Shown piece after piece: positions 32,821 to 45,716 of a stretch of 64,000 bases of DNA (position 1 is its first letter; each line of letters starts with the position of its first letter). The notes beneath the pieces were generated by a model that saw nothing but the letters and a program-made list of their open reading frames with translations, was not told the origin of the DNA and ran no database searches. Source of the stretch: Eukaryota sp. GEM-RC1 (Eukaryota); contig JAUFOQ010000003.1 in the NCBI GenBank assembly GCA_040285855.1, forward strand, positions 2,108,001-2,172,000, read 5' to 3'. The position numbers and the translations under genes were made by a program.

Positions 32821-35800
32821 TTAATTTTTAATTTTTCGCTCAAATTCAGAAACCAATTTTTCCATTAACAAATCGTAAATATAATCTCCAACCAGTTGCT
32901 TGTACTTTGCAAGTAAAAACGTGATGTAATCAAATTTTGCCGGCAACTTTTCCACCGAGTCAACTGCATCAAAAAAGTCGAAATCTAACCGTCGCAAATC
33001 TATCAACGTGTTAAAAAACTCATAATGATAGTGATAGAAATCCCAATTATGAAGGAAACAATCTGGTAAATGACTAGCTAGGAGGAAACTACACGACAGG
33101 GGATTCTTACTTGCTAAATGGCGAACATAGCTTTTGTCTAAGAGAAACGGTGATTGTTCACGTGGCTTTTTTTGAATATTTGGGACGATTTACAGAGCCT
33201 AAAAGAGCGCAGACTGTCGTAAACATAAATTTAGAATTTTTGGTGAAAATTGAGTCGAAGCTTGGACAGAATCGTTGTAGTATTTCAGTGAAAAATGCAA
33301 TCAAAGCATCATCATAACGACTGACATCAAGGGACAGCCAGTAGACATTTTCTGGTAAGTGAATAGTACCATTATTGGTAGTGCTAAAATGACGACTACT
33401 TGGCTCATTGGGAGAAATGACAGTCAGCCGTTGGATTGATGACGTTTTTGATTGGATTTCTTCCTCCAAAAACCAATCAAAAGTACGATCACCAAAGAAG
33501 CCCAGCAATACACATATACAATTCTTCAAAACGAACTTGCAAAACTTGTTCAAAAATTCATGTTGACGTTGGGAATAATACAAAACTAGCGAATCTTCCT
33601 CATATACAACTCCATGTAAATGAAAGACTTCTGTTGACTTCCATGATGACGTGAGCTCTGAAATTGAGGCCAGCTTAGTGTTATGAAATGGATTTGAAGT
33701 ACAACAGCCGAGGGGAATTACAGTTTGAAAGTTTCTGTCAGGGTGAAAAAGGTTGAATATAGACTCTAGAACACAGTCGAAGTTTGTGGTAGCAAATCTA
33801 AACAAGTTGGAGTTGTACAAAGTCATGAGACATCCAAGGTAAGGGCTGTTCTCCTCTGACCAATAATTTAATTTTTGAATAAATTTGATGGGGTCATAAT
33901 CGTCTTCATAGCACTCACAACCATCTTTTTTGACTGTTGATTGAATAACTGAAAGAGTTTCCTTTGCGACATCTTCATAATCGAATATTCCTAAACTAAA
34001 GTCAATCATTGTGGTGCTGAACAGAATTGCAACAAAATCTCCAATAAAATTGTAAACGTTAACCTTTCCTTGACGAGAGCTATCCTGAATTCGATGTGAA
34101 ACAATGTGGTAGTTGACATCCATTGAAGAAGCTTCGTTCGTTTTATATAAGGAACTCCAATTTAGATCAATGAAATGAGTAGAATTTGAAAAGGCTTCAC
34201 CCCGTAATTTTTTAAATTTCGGATCATTAATGAAACTTTTGTAGAGGGAAATTCCATTATAGTCCACATTGTCGACAGAAAGTAACAATCCTACAGGAAA
34301 GCATTTTAGCCACATAATGATAATTATAAGAGATTTGTACGATAGAATTGACTTGTAGCTGGTAGAAGACAGCTTTAAGAAAGGGTATACATGATTCAGT
34401 AGATCAAAACGATTATGTCTGACGCTACGTATACAGAAGCAATCAAACAAATCAACTGACTCATGGATATCAGAAATAGTGACAGTTACATCAATCAAAT
34501 TTGATGAGGTTCCAGGTCGAGACTCAAAATGATACTCGGAAAAGCCATTTGTTTGCTTGTAAGGTTCTGGTAACTGTCGAAATATTCGAGAAAATTCTTG
34601 AAAAAGTAGAAGACAAACCAGCATTATTTTATCTGTATCAAGGGAATACTTCTTTAAAACCAAATTCTGTAATAATGATTGAAAGTGACGAGTGATCCCA
34701 TTTCCAATCAGAATATTGACAGGTTCACGAGAATTTGATTGTTGATTGTCTAGGACCCATTTGACTAGAGATTCTAAATGAGTAAAAGACACGTGGAACC
34801 TTTTACCAAATGCGGCAAGAAATTCATCCACTGATCCTTTATTAGCTTCAATGATTTCCTTAGCTTGATGAGAGATGGCAAATGCCTTTCCACGGAAGTC
34901 TGTTGATTTCTCTTGACTGATGACGAAGCACGAGGAGAGAGAATACTGAGAAATGACAGCTTGGACAATATCAACAAAGGGATAGGAATTCCAAGGAGTA
35001 GTTTGGATTAATTCCAAATAAAGCGTTAGAACAGATTGAAAATTTAAATAATCAAGGAATGGATCATTTTCTCCGATTGAAGAAGGGCAATGTAATACAA
35101 AAGAATCGTAAAGTGTTGGAACAGGAAATTGTGTGAAGCTTTTTAATTTAGGTGTAAATTTGAAAAAGGAAGAGCATCAACCAAACAGGAATCAGTTTCT
35201 ATTTCATAGAAATTTAAAAACTCTTCAAAACATCGAAGAAAATCAGTTGGTGATGTCGAATTACTGTCAATAACGAAAAGAAGGGGTATAAAACTAGTTT
35301 CAAAGAAAGTGAGGACGGGGTGGAAACATCCAAATTTGATATATATTTAAACATTTGAAATAGTGCAACATCAACGGGGTTCGAGCCACGATACTTCTGC
35401 ATTATTGAAGAAAAACTTTTAAATTTACGCCCTAAATTACAGAAGTAGCCACAATCGACTAAAAACTCATCAACAGATTTTGATTCTAAAGTATTTAAAT
35501 CCTTGCAAAACAGTGATCCTAACTGCTGACATGATTGTTCTGAAATTAAAGAACTAGAATTAAAGAAAAAGAGGGAGACATGGCTGAAGTCGGGAGAACA
35601 CCAAAAACAAAATCAGCTGAACATTTGAAATAAAGATAATATTTGGAGATTCGTTTAGGTCAATCAAACTGACAGTATTAAAATGATTGATGACGTGAGA
35701 ATAAAATACTTCAGACCAAGAAACTAGAGGACTTTGGGTCAGACTGCCATGGACTTGATTGAAAACGAATGGAAAAATTCCAATAATCCAGTTAGCAATG

Positions 35801-37109
35801 TTGTGATCAATTTGCGATTGAACAAAAACGATATCAGAATTTAAAAATTTGAGAGTTTGGAAAAGTAAGAGTGACCTGATAATGATGGACATTCAGACAA
35901 AACAGTGGTTAGAAATGCTATTAAAATGAACAGATTATCAAAGTGCATACAAGAAAACAAAGGTATAGCGATTATGTTGAGGTAAATTTGAAGAGACTTC
36001 AAGAATTCCGTAGTAATACTAAAGGTTTTTCCATATAACTCTACAACTTGAGGTGGCCCGAAGCTGTGAACACAAGCTGATGTCCCTGAGCATTTTAAAT
36101 AAGTTTTTACCAAATATTCAAATATGTCAGAGGACAGATCACAATTTTTAGCTAAGCCAAACCGAAACTCGATGAATGGTACAACATAGAACTGAAGAAA
36201 AAAAGTATCTTCGTCGTTATCGATATTCATCTGATTCAATTTTAAAAATTTACAATAAAAATTGAAATATCTATAAACACTTTCTCTAACTGATCCAAAT
36301 CCGCCATAAAATTGATCCAATACAGATCCTTGAGTAGTTAAAACTCTACAACAATGTGACATCAACAAAGAGGAATCAACAATCAAAAATGATTTAGAGT
36401 GACTGTTGTACTGACCGTATAGATTTTGAAAACAATTTTTAAATTTTGAAAATGTTAAGTCATCGGGAAGGCTAAAATTTGAAAATTCAGATGAAGAAAA
36501 AATTAAAACTCCAAAATTTACATAATGATAACATTCAGAAAGTTCAGATCCATAAGTAAAATGATTTAAAACAATTCGTGACCAAAAACTCAAAGCATTG
36601 TGTTTAACTGCTATAGATTTCAACTTCTTAGATTGCATCCAACAAGGCTTCAGGCTGTGAACAAGAGAAATTGCTTCAGATAGAAAATCAGGAAATACTG
36701 CAATAAGGAAAGAGAACGTCTTGCAATCAAGGATGACGTGAGATTCATCCATTGTAGATTGATAGCTGGTGAATAGGGCATGAGGGTTGATATGAGAGTC
36801 AGATGAGCAATCACATAGAAGAAGTTGTGTCAGAGAGTTTCTGTGAAGGAAGAGTAGACAAGAAGAAAGAGAGGTGTATGGGCAATGTTGAAAAACATGA
36901 AAGTTGGAAGCAATGACAGAAATTTGATATAGAAGTGAAACCTCAAACTTGACAATAGAGGCTTCATCTATAGCAAACATGTCAAATAGGCAAGAGAGAT
37001 TTCCAACAGAGGAATTGAGATCCACTTCATTGAAAGCATTTGATCCGAAGATGTGCCGAAGAACGTGACATGTTGAAGAATTAAGTCTACAAGAGTAATT
37101 GGAATGCAT
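32821..37109 (-). CDS. Large protein (~1,400 aa after correcting ~5 indels) with a SIR2_2-type domain
   Basis: ORFs 35841-37109, 35560-35892, 35214-35402, 33158-35017 and 32821-33006 join mostly through homopolymer frame breaks. Motifs NILIGNGI, FATTNFD, VFHLHG and CVLLGF. Confidence 0.6.
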
Positions 37110-37315
37110 GATGTTGTATGAGTAGAGACATTAAGATGTACTGTACTTCTTTTTGTATTTAGCCAAAAAAAGCGGGATTCAATGTTTCTGTTTCAATTTC
37201 TCTTGTTATAAGCGATCCCCTTATTACCGCAATAGTACTGGTCATTAGCTTTGATTACGTATATATAATTTCTACTTCCCTCAACAGGAAGACGAAGACA
37301 TTACCAATATCTGGC

Positions 37316-37784
37316 AGTTAAATCTGTGTTCCGTAAGTTGACAGTATTTAACAAGTTGTTACATGGTAATGAATCTAATCATCAATCTACAATAGGTAGA
37401 CATAAGTCTTTGAAAGCGGTAACTTTACATTCAAATTCAAATCTTTGTCAATTGTTGAATGCACATTGCAGATCTCTCAGCCTGACCCTGGGACTGATGA
37501 AATTGCGGGATTCAACAAAACTGCTGTTTGTAGAATTACTAGTACTACTAGTTAAATCTGTGTTCCGTAAGTTGACAGTATTTAACAAGTTGTTACATGG
37601 TAATGAATCTAATCATCAATCTACAATAGGTAGACATAAGTCTTTGAAAGCGGTAACTTTACATTCAAATTCAAATCTTTGTCAATTGTTGAATGCACAT
37701 TGCAGATCTCTCAGCCTGACCCTGGGACTGATGAAATTGCGGGATTCAACAAAACTGCTGTTTGTAGAATTACTAGTACTACTA
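37316..37784. repeat. Perfect tandem duplication, 2 x 234 bp
   Basis: Unit agttaaatctgtgttccg...ttactagtactact repeats exactly at 37316 and 37550. Confidence 0.92.
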
Positions 37785-37954
37785 AGAGCAGCATTGCTGG
37801 TGGAATTGTTGATAAAAATATGTGTTCCTTTAATTAGTATGAATTCGAAGATTCAATAATGCTACAGATTCATTGTAGCAAAAAGGCTATGACTATGACT
37901 ATAACATCACATACTGGCACATACATTCTCGCACCTTAACCACTGATACTAGAG

Positions 37955-38478
37955 TTGAACCAGTTTTGAAGCACCTTTCAGAAAATGAATTTACAGATCA
38001 CAACATAGGGGATCTCCATACTCAGTGGCTTAAATCGAGTCAATCATTAGTGGATTTTACTCACAGTAGATGTTTGTAACAAATCGTGTGTTAGTAGGAT
38101 ATTAGACGAAGTAGAAGAATTACATCGAAACTCATATTCCAAATTTTTGTTTCAACCTTTTGCTGTTTCTCTTTTTGGATCGATTAATACTGCTGATGGT
38201 CAATTTTTCAAGGATTGCGATGAACTGTGCAAAGAAAAGAAGCGGAAGTTTAGAATGGCTGAATGGAAAAACCGTACAGTGTTTTCCATATATCGGAATA
38301 TGCCTTTATTTCTCTCGATTAATTGAGAAATTGTACAAGTTTGGTGCGAAGGTTAATGTTGATAAACGTAATCTTTTACTGGGTGGTGATGAAGTAGTTT
38401 GGATTTCATCTTAGTATTGTTTGTTTGTTTTTACAATTTCATAGTTTTGTAGGAAGGTTACCTTATTGGGTACCGAAC
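37955..38478 (+). mobile_element. Degraded 3' fragment of REL non-LTR retroelement (family B)
   Basis: Matches the reverse complement of 41270-41855 (RGDLHT, DFTTVDVCNKSC, FQPFAVSLFG and the same 3' UTR). Confidence 0.8.
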
Positions 38479-38481
38479 ACA

Positions 38482-39080
38482 GTTGTAAACCGTTTAATTA
38501 GTCGGGGTTTAAAATTAGTCTGATCCAGACTAATATATATATCCATAATAAAAACTGTTCAATTCTATGAAATTTGGTCTGGATTTTGAACAACATCTCC
38601 AACAACATCAGTGATGGTGCGCCGTATCATTACTATTGAGTTGACATTATATTTGCCATCACATAATTCTCTATCTTAAATGGTTTCGCAAGAATTCGAT
38701 CGGAACAGCCTCAGTTTCAAGAGAAAGAAGACGTTATTGAACTTGACGAAGTGCCTGCCGTTCACCTTGTTGAAGCCTGAGCTACAGGAAATCGTTGCAA
38801 ACCATCAAGAACCATTTAATGGTAGAAAGCCTGATATTTGGCCCAAAGGTGATGTAGATAGTGATGCATAATGCTGAAGAATTGGAGTTTTCTAGTATGA
38901 TTATTGTCCAAAACCAAAATCCAGACTAATTTATATCATGATCTATTAGTCTGGTCCAAATACAAATATATGCAAATTAGTCGGGATTTTAATTGATCTG
39001 ACCCAGACTAATACATATTTTTTGAACATCAGAGCGACTATGAAAATTAGTTTGATACAGACTAATTAAACCGTTTACTG
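38482..39080. mobile_element. Degenerate MITE related to the AATTAGTC family
   Basis: GTAAACCGTTTAATTAGTC at the left end and GACTAATTAAACCGTTTACTG-TA at the right; internal ATTAGTC/GACTAAT repeats. The left end is imperfect. Confidence 0.6.
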
Positions 39081-39170
39081 TATCTGAGCTAAAAAACAAT
39101 GTATTTGAAAATCAGTGTATTCTCCATGAAACGGCACGTGATATTTTGCCATACAAGTAACACATCGATA

Positions 39171-39802
39171 TTAATAATTGATGCGGTCATCCCGAAGTTG
39201 ACGCATTCGTTGTTTAATTGTTTCATCTATAGGATTGCAGCTCAAGTCCAAAACCGCAATGGTGCTATTAACCTTCAAAGCCTCATCCAGAGCAAGGAAA
39301 CCTGGCCCTTCAATGTGATTACGTGACAGTAATAGAACTTTGAGATGAGAGTTCTTTTCAGGGCTTCAGCCAACGCTATTGAACCTTCATCTCCGATATT
39401 GACAGCACTTAGATATAGTTTTGTTAATGAAGTGTTAACTTTCAATGTCTCCGCCAATGCAATCGCTCCATCGTCACCAACAATGTTTGCTGAAAGACCT
39501 AATACAGCTATTGAAGAATTGATCATCAATGCTGATGCTAGAGCTTTGATTCCGAGTGGACCCATAGAGGCGTGGACGAGATTGACATCGACGACTGACA
39601 TATTGGTCTTCAATGAATCAGCTAGAAGTGAAGCACCCTCGTCTCCAACAACTACTGAACGTAGATCTATCGTAGTTACTTCGGACGTTTCAATTAAAGG
39701 AATATAGTGTTTCACATCGTGAAATGCCTTTTCATCATGACTTTCGTCTGGTCTTTCAACAGTTGGTGATGGTGATGGAGGTTTTGAGGCCTTAGAGCCC
39801 AT
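39171..39802 (-). CDS. Small RNI/NLRC3-like LRR protein with N-terminal MG motif; one A missing at ~39358
   Basis: MGSKASK, then 28-aa repeats (VGDEGASLLADSLKTNMSV, IGDEGSIALAEALK). The corrected frame continues with LRRs to TAA at 39171. Confidence 0.8.
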
Positions 39803-41259
39803 GATGTGTTGAGGCAAAGCCAATCAAAAATAGACTTTTGAAAGAAAATGATTAATCATCCTGAGGATGGGTGCAAAACTTGGGGTCCACATGGATGGTG
39901 GATCCCAAACATCATCCATGGATCCATCCACTCTTAAAAATGGTATACAGAACGTTAGCTGATATAGTAATGACCATTTATAACACTATCTTCATTGTCG
40001 TACTTTAAGTTCTTTGCGTATTATAGCTAATCATTAAACGATTTTGGACATGTCTACTTCTAATTGGGATATACAATTATCTTTGTACATTCTATGTACT
40101 AACTTCTCCGTCTCACAACAAAAAAACGTCAAAGGATATTTCAATACTCAATGATGGCAAGGTAATATGTAGCTTCTCAAATGATCAGACTTACGTGAAG
40201 TATGTCGATTAATAAAGATCTAGGACTTCTAACTGTTTTAGTAGATTTAGTGGTAGTTGTTATCTCTTACCAATTTGCCAAATGTTTTTCAATGTAGATG
40301 TGGAAAACATAGTTGCAAAATACAAAATACAGTTTTTCTTTGTATTCTGTATTTTTTCTGTATTATGTATTGTATTTTTTTCTGGAAAAGTGTATTTGTA
40401 TTTGTATTTTTAGTATTTTTTATCAGCCCTAAAATCCCGTTATTTGATGCAAATGACTGAAGTATATGAGAGAAACACTCGACAGCAGATCTTACTGTTC
40501 AATTATACTATTGTTTGGTACAATTGGGACATGTATTATTTTAACAACTTGCAGAAATACTAGTACAATTGTCTGCTGAATGTTCTAAACGTTCCAGTAC
40601 AGTACGTCAACGGCGTATGCTAGATGATTAAAACGTAAAACCCCGTTCAAAGCCAAATAACAAAAATTGCGAAACGCTTAATAATGTTCATTCTAAAGAA
40701 TTGAAAAATACCAAATCATGTGAGTTAGTGCAATCTAGCTTCACTACTGTCAGTCAGTGATGAAGATTCAAAGCCCAGATGAGACGTGCTGCACGACACT
40801 CAGTTTGATCCTGTTTTGAAGATGTACGGATAGTCTTTGGAGACTATGATTTCGAGTTTAAACTTTGTTACCTACAAGCAGTATATTACGACGATTTACA
40901 ACTAATGTACGAGACAAAAAGTGTCTAAAGTCACATTGTATAACTGTATAATTCCAAGTCAGTTCGTTCCGTTGACCAAATGAACATTTGGACCCTTGGT
41001 GCATTTTAGAATCGTAACAAAATTGGGTTGATAAATGAAAAGAAGTCTAAGAATGCGTACCGAAGAGGTGAACCATGATAACCCCGTTAACTCAATACAG
41101 TTAGTTTAATACTTGCAATTGCAAGAAAAAACACACACTTAATACAGTATTCTGTATTGTATTTGTATTCTGTATCTGTATTGTATTTTTGTATTCTGTA
41201 TTTATTTTAGTTTCCGATTTTTATTGACAACAACACTACAGTGTACATACATCAGAGAG

Positions 41260-41935
41260 ATGTTTATTCGGCACCCAATAAGGTAACCTTTCTACAAACT
41301 ATGAAATTGTAAAAACAAACAAATAATACTAAGATTAAATCCAAACGACTTCATCACCACCCGGTAAAAGATTACGTTTATCTACATGAACCTTCACACC
41401 TAACTTGTACAATTTCTCAATTAATCTAGAGAAATAGAAAGGCATATTCCGATATATGGAAAACACTATACGGTTTTTCCATTCAGCCATTCTAAACTTA
41501 CGCTTCTTTTTCTTTACACAATTTTTCGAAATCCTTGAAAAATTGATCACCAGCAGGACTAATAGATCCAAAAAGAGAAACAGCAAAAGGTTGAAACACA
41601 AATTTGGAATATGAGTTTCTATTTAATTCTTCTACTTGAGAGTCATACTTGGTGTGTTTGAGCTTTTCAGCTGCTGTTAATGGATTAAAAGAAGAATCTA
41701 ATATCCTACTAACACAAGATTTGTTACATACATCTACTGTAGTAAAATCCATTAATGCTTGACTCGATTTAAGCCACGGAGTATGTAGATCCCCTCGTTT
41801 TTGATCAGTAAATTCATTTTCTGAAAGATGATTCAAAACTGGTTCAACTTTAGAGTGAAAACCATGTGCTTTAAACATGGAATAACAAGAATCACGTACA
41901 CCATCATGAATTACTGCACGGAGATGAATAAAATA
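41260..41935 (-). mobile_element. 3' fragment of REL non-LTR retroelement (family B)
   Basis: IHDGVRD, VEP, KRGDL, MDFTTVD, AEKLKHTKY, FQPFAVSLFG. Confidence 0.85.
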
Positions 41936-41936
41936 A

Positions 41937-44130
41937 TACATCTAATAATCAATATCCTCAAAGTCCAGATTGCATTTCTGGAAATTCTCACCTACCTTAT
42001 CCTCATAATGTCTGCCAAGAGATAATAGGGCGCTAGATACAGAAGTCACCATACCTCTAAAGATAACAAACACAATTCGACTTTTCCATAATCTAAGATC
42101 AAAAGTCCTAGATGGTTTTTCTTTTACAATCTTCACAAAGATTTCAAGTAATGATGTTGCAGATTCACCTAAAGAACCATACAGTGAAAATACAAAAGGG
42201 TACAACAAGTAATTCGAGGTGTGAAGCCGAATTCAATAATTTCAATTTAGCACAATATTTTTTCTTTTTTAAATTTTTCACCAATCAACAGAGGGTTTTT
42301 AGCCTTATATTTAGCAAGTTTCTTGTTGGAATCATTACAAACATCGATAGACATAACATCAGCAATAATGAAAGATCCATCGAGACCAGGAAATATGACA
42401 TCACCACGGAAAATTTCCAAACGATTTGTCAACATCTGAATCATCAAACAAACCAGCCAGAACTGGTATTAAAAAGGAAACTATTCCATACGATTTACAT
42501 ATACAATATAATTGATCCCTTACTGAATCATGAACATTACTTATGAAAGAAATAAAACGGTTACAATTCAATAAATGTGTAGGTGTTACAGATTACCCAC
42601 ATTGGGATTTCAAATTATGTGAAAGGTTATCAGGCCAAATATATGACCGCAAACGCATGTTTAATGACCAAGAGTTATCATCAAGAAGAAGATCGTAAAC
42701 TTGAGGGATTTGAGTAATCAGACATAAATCGGAGCTATCAGAAACATCCATTAATAATTTGGCAAAAGTCGAACATTATAATCCAAGCTTTAAAAAAAAA
42801 TGTTTGTTTCTTGATAGTGTCATGACTCATCAGAACTTTACACCTAAATAAATTCACCTTTCATATGAGGAAAACCAACTATTTGTTGTAATTTATCAAA
42901 CGTCTTTCAGGTATTTCAGACACAAATTCTGGGAAACATTGAGACCAAACGTCAAAAGATAGTTTGATCTAGAGCTGGCATTCGACTAGACTAGTCTGCT
43001 GACTACGGAATAGACTAAGCTTTTAGTCTAAATCGTAGTCTACTCACTTAGTCTTAGTTTGGTCCGTAGTCTGTTCATTAAGTCCGTAGTCTAGTCCGTA
43101 GTCTACTTCTTTAGTCTTAGTCTAGTCTGTAGTCTGTTGATAACAAATAAGTGTAATCATTAGTCTACAATTTTTAACACAATGGCTGACCTCCTGAAAA
43201 ACTGCCCAGACTTTTGCTACAACCACTGTCTCCAAAACAGATATGTTGGAACGGTCATTCATTCTATGAGCAAGCAGCAAGTGGCAATCAGAAGCACTGC
43301 CTCCTTTGTGCGTTTGTTTGTTTAAAATCTTGGGTTGATGGTGCCTTCGATGTATTTGACTTCTGTTGTTTCAATAGAATTTTTTGTTATAAATTCATGT
43401 TTGGACAAAACTATTTAGTCTACTATTTAGTGTCTTTCTATCGTCTAAGTCTAGTCCGTAGTCTGTGCCCAGCTCTAGTTTGATCAACGCTTCGTTTTTT
43501 AATACTTTTTTCCGCCCCTTCAAAAAACATATTTGCAAAGTACTGACGATTTGGTATGCAAAAAATGAATCCTCAACTCGTTAAAAAAAGACCTACAAAA
43601 ATTCAGAGCGATCGAAAGAGCTGTAGTTCATAGTTCTCAACAGATGTGTGGTTTTTCCGCAATAGCAAATTTTTAAAATAAAAAACTTAATCTGTTTTTG
43701 CATGTCATGAAGATATTGTGTTGAGTTCTGAACCAGTATTTTCCAAACAATTAGTTAATTTTTGAAAAAAAATTAAGCAACATTCCCAAGCCAACATCCT
43801 AGAAAACGGAAAGTCTCTTCAACATAATTGATAAATGGAATCTGAACTCCATTAATAAATCATTCTTGTGTAGATCTACCAATTAAATTTTTTCCTTAGC
43901 CATGCCAAGTCGAACATTATAATCCAAGCTTTCAAAAATACTTGTGAGTTTCTGTTGTAATTTTTTCAGACATAACTGGAGATTAGTCAAACATCTTTCA
44001 GGTATTTCAGACACAGATTCTGGGAAACATTGAGACCAAACATCAAAAGGTAATTTGATTAACGCTTCGTTTAAGTCAAATAAAAATTTACATGAATTGG
44101 GGTCAATACTAGTAAGTGAAATATCATTAG
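41937..44130 (-). mobile_element. Degraded family A REL non-LTR copies (41937-43880, split by a MITE; second piece 43883-44130)
   Basis: High similarity to 19155-20407 (LYPFVFSLYGSLGESA...LDFEDIDY; EALIKLPFDVWSQCFPE). Confidence 0.85.
42970..43477. mobile_element. hAT-type MITE (508 bp) nested in a non-LTR copy
   Basis: TIR TAGAGCTGG/CCAGCTCTA; perfect 8-bp TSD GTTTGATC; TAGTC repeats. The flanks rejoin to match ~20140-20172. Confidence 0.9.
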
Positions 44131-44259
44131 ATTCTGTATTTTTGTATTCTATATTTTTTGTTTTCTGTATTGTATTATTTTTTTTGTCCGTGTATTTTGC
44201 AACTATGGTGGAAAACATTTGATCCTTTCTCCTTTGTGTTAATTCTAAAGAGTTTTGAA

Positions 44260-44810
44260 TTGGTTCAACAGAAGACTCAATTTTGCAGGACTTACACATA
44301 GCATGTATTTGGTCTCTTACAATATCATACATACACGTTCGACATGTTACGTAGCGGTTACAACTCAAAAGAGTAATGAAGAAAAACAGGACCAAGTTTG
44401 TTTTACGATTATAAAATTTATAAAACAGAAACAGTGAACAAATACTAGAACTCAATATCATTAAAACAATATTCATTGTCATTGAACCTTACAGAAGCTT
44501 TTTCTTCATAGAAAACACTAAGAGCTAAAAGAGCTTTCGAGATCATAACAGGAATTGTTTTAAAGACTGTAACAACAATACGACTCAGTAAAAACTTATC
44601 CTCAAACTTTTTGTTGATTCTGTTTTAACATCTTGCTCAAAATCAGCGAGGAAACAAAGAGCAACCATAAATTAAAATTGCGAAAGGACATAATTTGTAC
44701 TCAACGTGTTTTCAATGTTTGAACGTAGTCAAGGGAACGTCGTATTTTTCCTCTTAAATTGTTCTGGAATATCAAATGGACACTTCATTTTTAGCGTCTT
44801 ATAATGCACT
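44260..44810 (-). mobile_element. Degraded REL non-LTR fragments (family D)
   Basis: ~44430-44810 resembles ~47200-47600; nearby DIVRDQIHAMCKSCKIESSVEP. Confidence 0.65.
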
Positions 44811-45075
44811 TCTTCTAATCATCTCCAAAGCTTGACTAGCTATGAGTGCCGTTTTTGGGGACAAAGCAGTTGTAAGATTTGATAGTGACGGTTTTGTTTG
44901 TACGATATCAAATTAGGATGCATATGACGTTTATAAACACCGAAAAAAAGTCATTGAACTGAAATGCTATTGCATAAGTTTGTCCATATTCTTCAAATCA
45001 GTGTACAAATACAGCCTCCAAACACGTGCATTTTGAATTTGGAGAAAATCAAAGGAAACTGTAAAGACTTCACTA

Positions 45076-45694
45076 CACTGGGTTGTCTAATTAGTCTCAT
45101 CAGCTAATTAGTCTCATCAGCAATTTAGTCTCAGTGAGACTAATTCTAAAATTGACCTTTAAATTTTGTCAGTGAGACTATAATCCAAATAAACTCTGTG
45201 TATATTTCTATTATTGTTTGTTTTTTCCATGTCCTATCTTTGAGTACTACTCTCGTGTCTCTTCTTAACCAATAGCTTTCAGTGTCTGTTTCCGTTTCAG
45301 CACGCATCCCTCGACCTCACAACCCTGCTGTTAGTATTTTCGACGAAGATAATTGGAATTCTGATGGTATTACGGACTAAATAACCTGTAGTTAGACGTG
45401 GACTCAGTTTGAGCAATTAGGCATCACTCAATTGTGCCTTGTTTTTGAAGAACAAAATTGAAAATATTCGGAGTGTTTTTATGAGAATCATATTATCAAT
45501 GATCAATAGTTTTTCGTATTGAATAGTAATAAGCAATGGTAAAGTAATCTTGAAATTAGTCTCACCTTTTGAATTAGTCTCATCAGCAAATTAGTCTCAT
45601 CAGATAAATAGTCTCAGTGAGACTAATTCTAAAATTGATGATGAAAACTTTCCTTGCAAATTAGTCTCAGTGAGACTAATTAGACAAACCAGTG
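45076..45694. mobile_element. MITE (619 bp), Tc1/mariner-like
   Basis: 24-bp TIR CACTGG(G/T)TTGTCTAATTAGTCTCA with one mismatch; TA on both flanks; repeated ATTAGTCTCA and TAGTCTCAGTGAGACTA. Confidence 0.88.
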
Positions 45695-45716
45695 TACTAG
45701 TAGCCTAGGCAGTTTC

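Larger units (their letters stand above)
40308..44207. mobile_element. hAT-type non-autonomous element (3.9 kb) containing nested insertions
   Basis: 16-bp perfect TIR CATAGTTGCAAAATAC; perfect 8-bp TSD GTGGAAAA (40300-40307, 44208-44215); TGTATT subterminal repeats at both ends. Confidence 0.88.

Noticed and set aside
39860..39935. MITE end with GGATG/CATCC repeats
   Set aside because: No partner TIR or TSD found.
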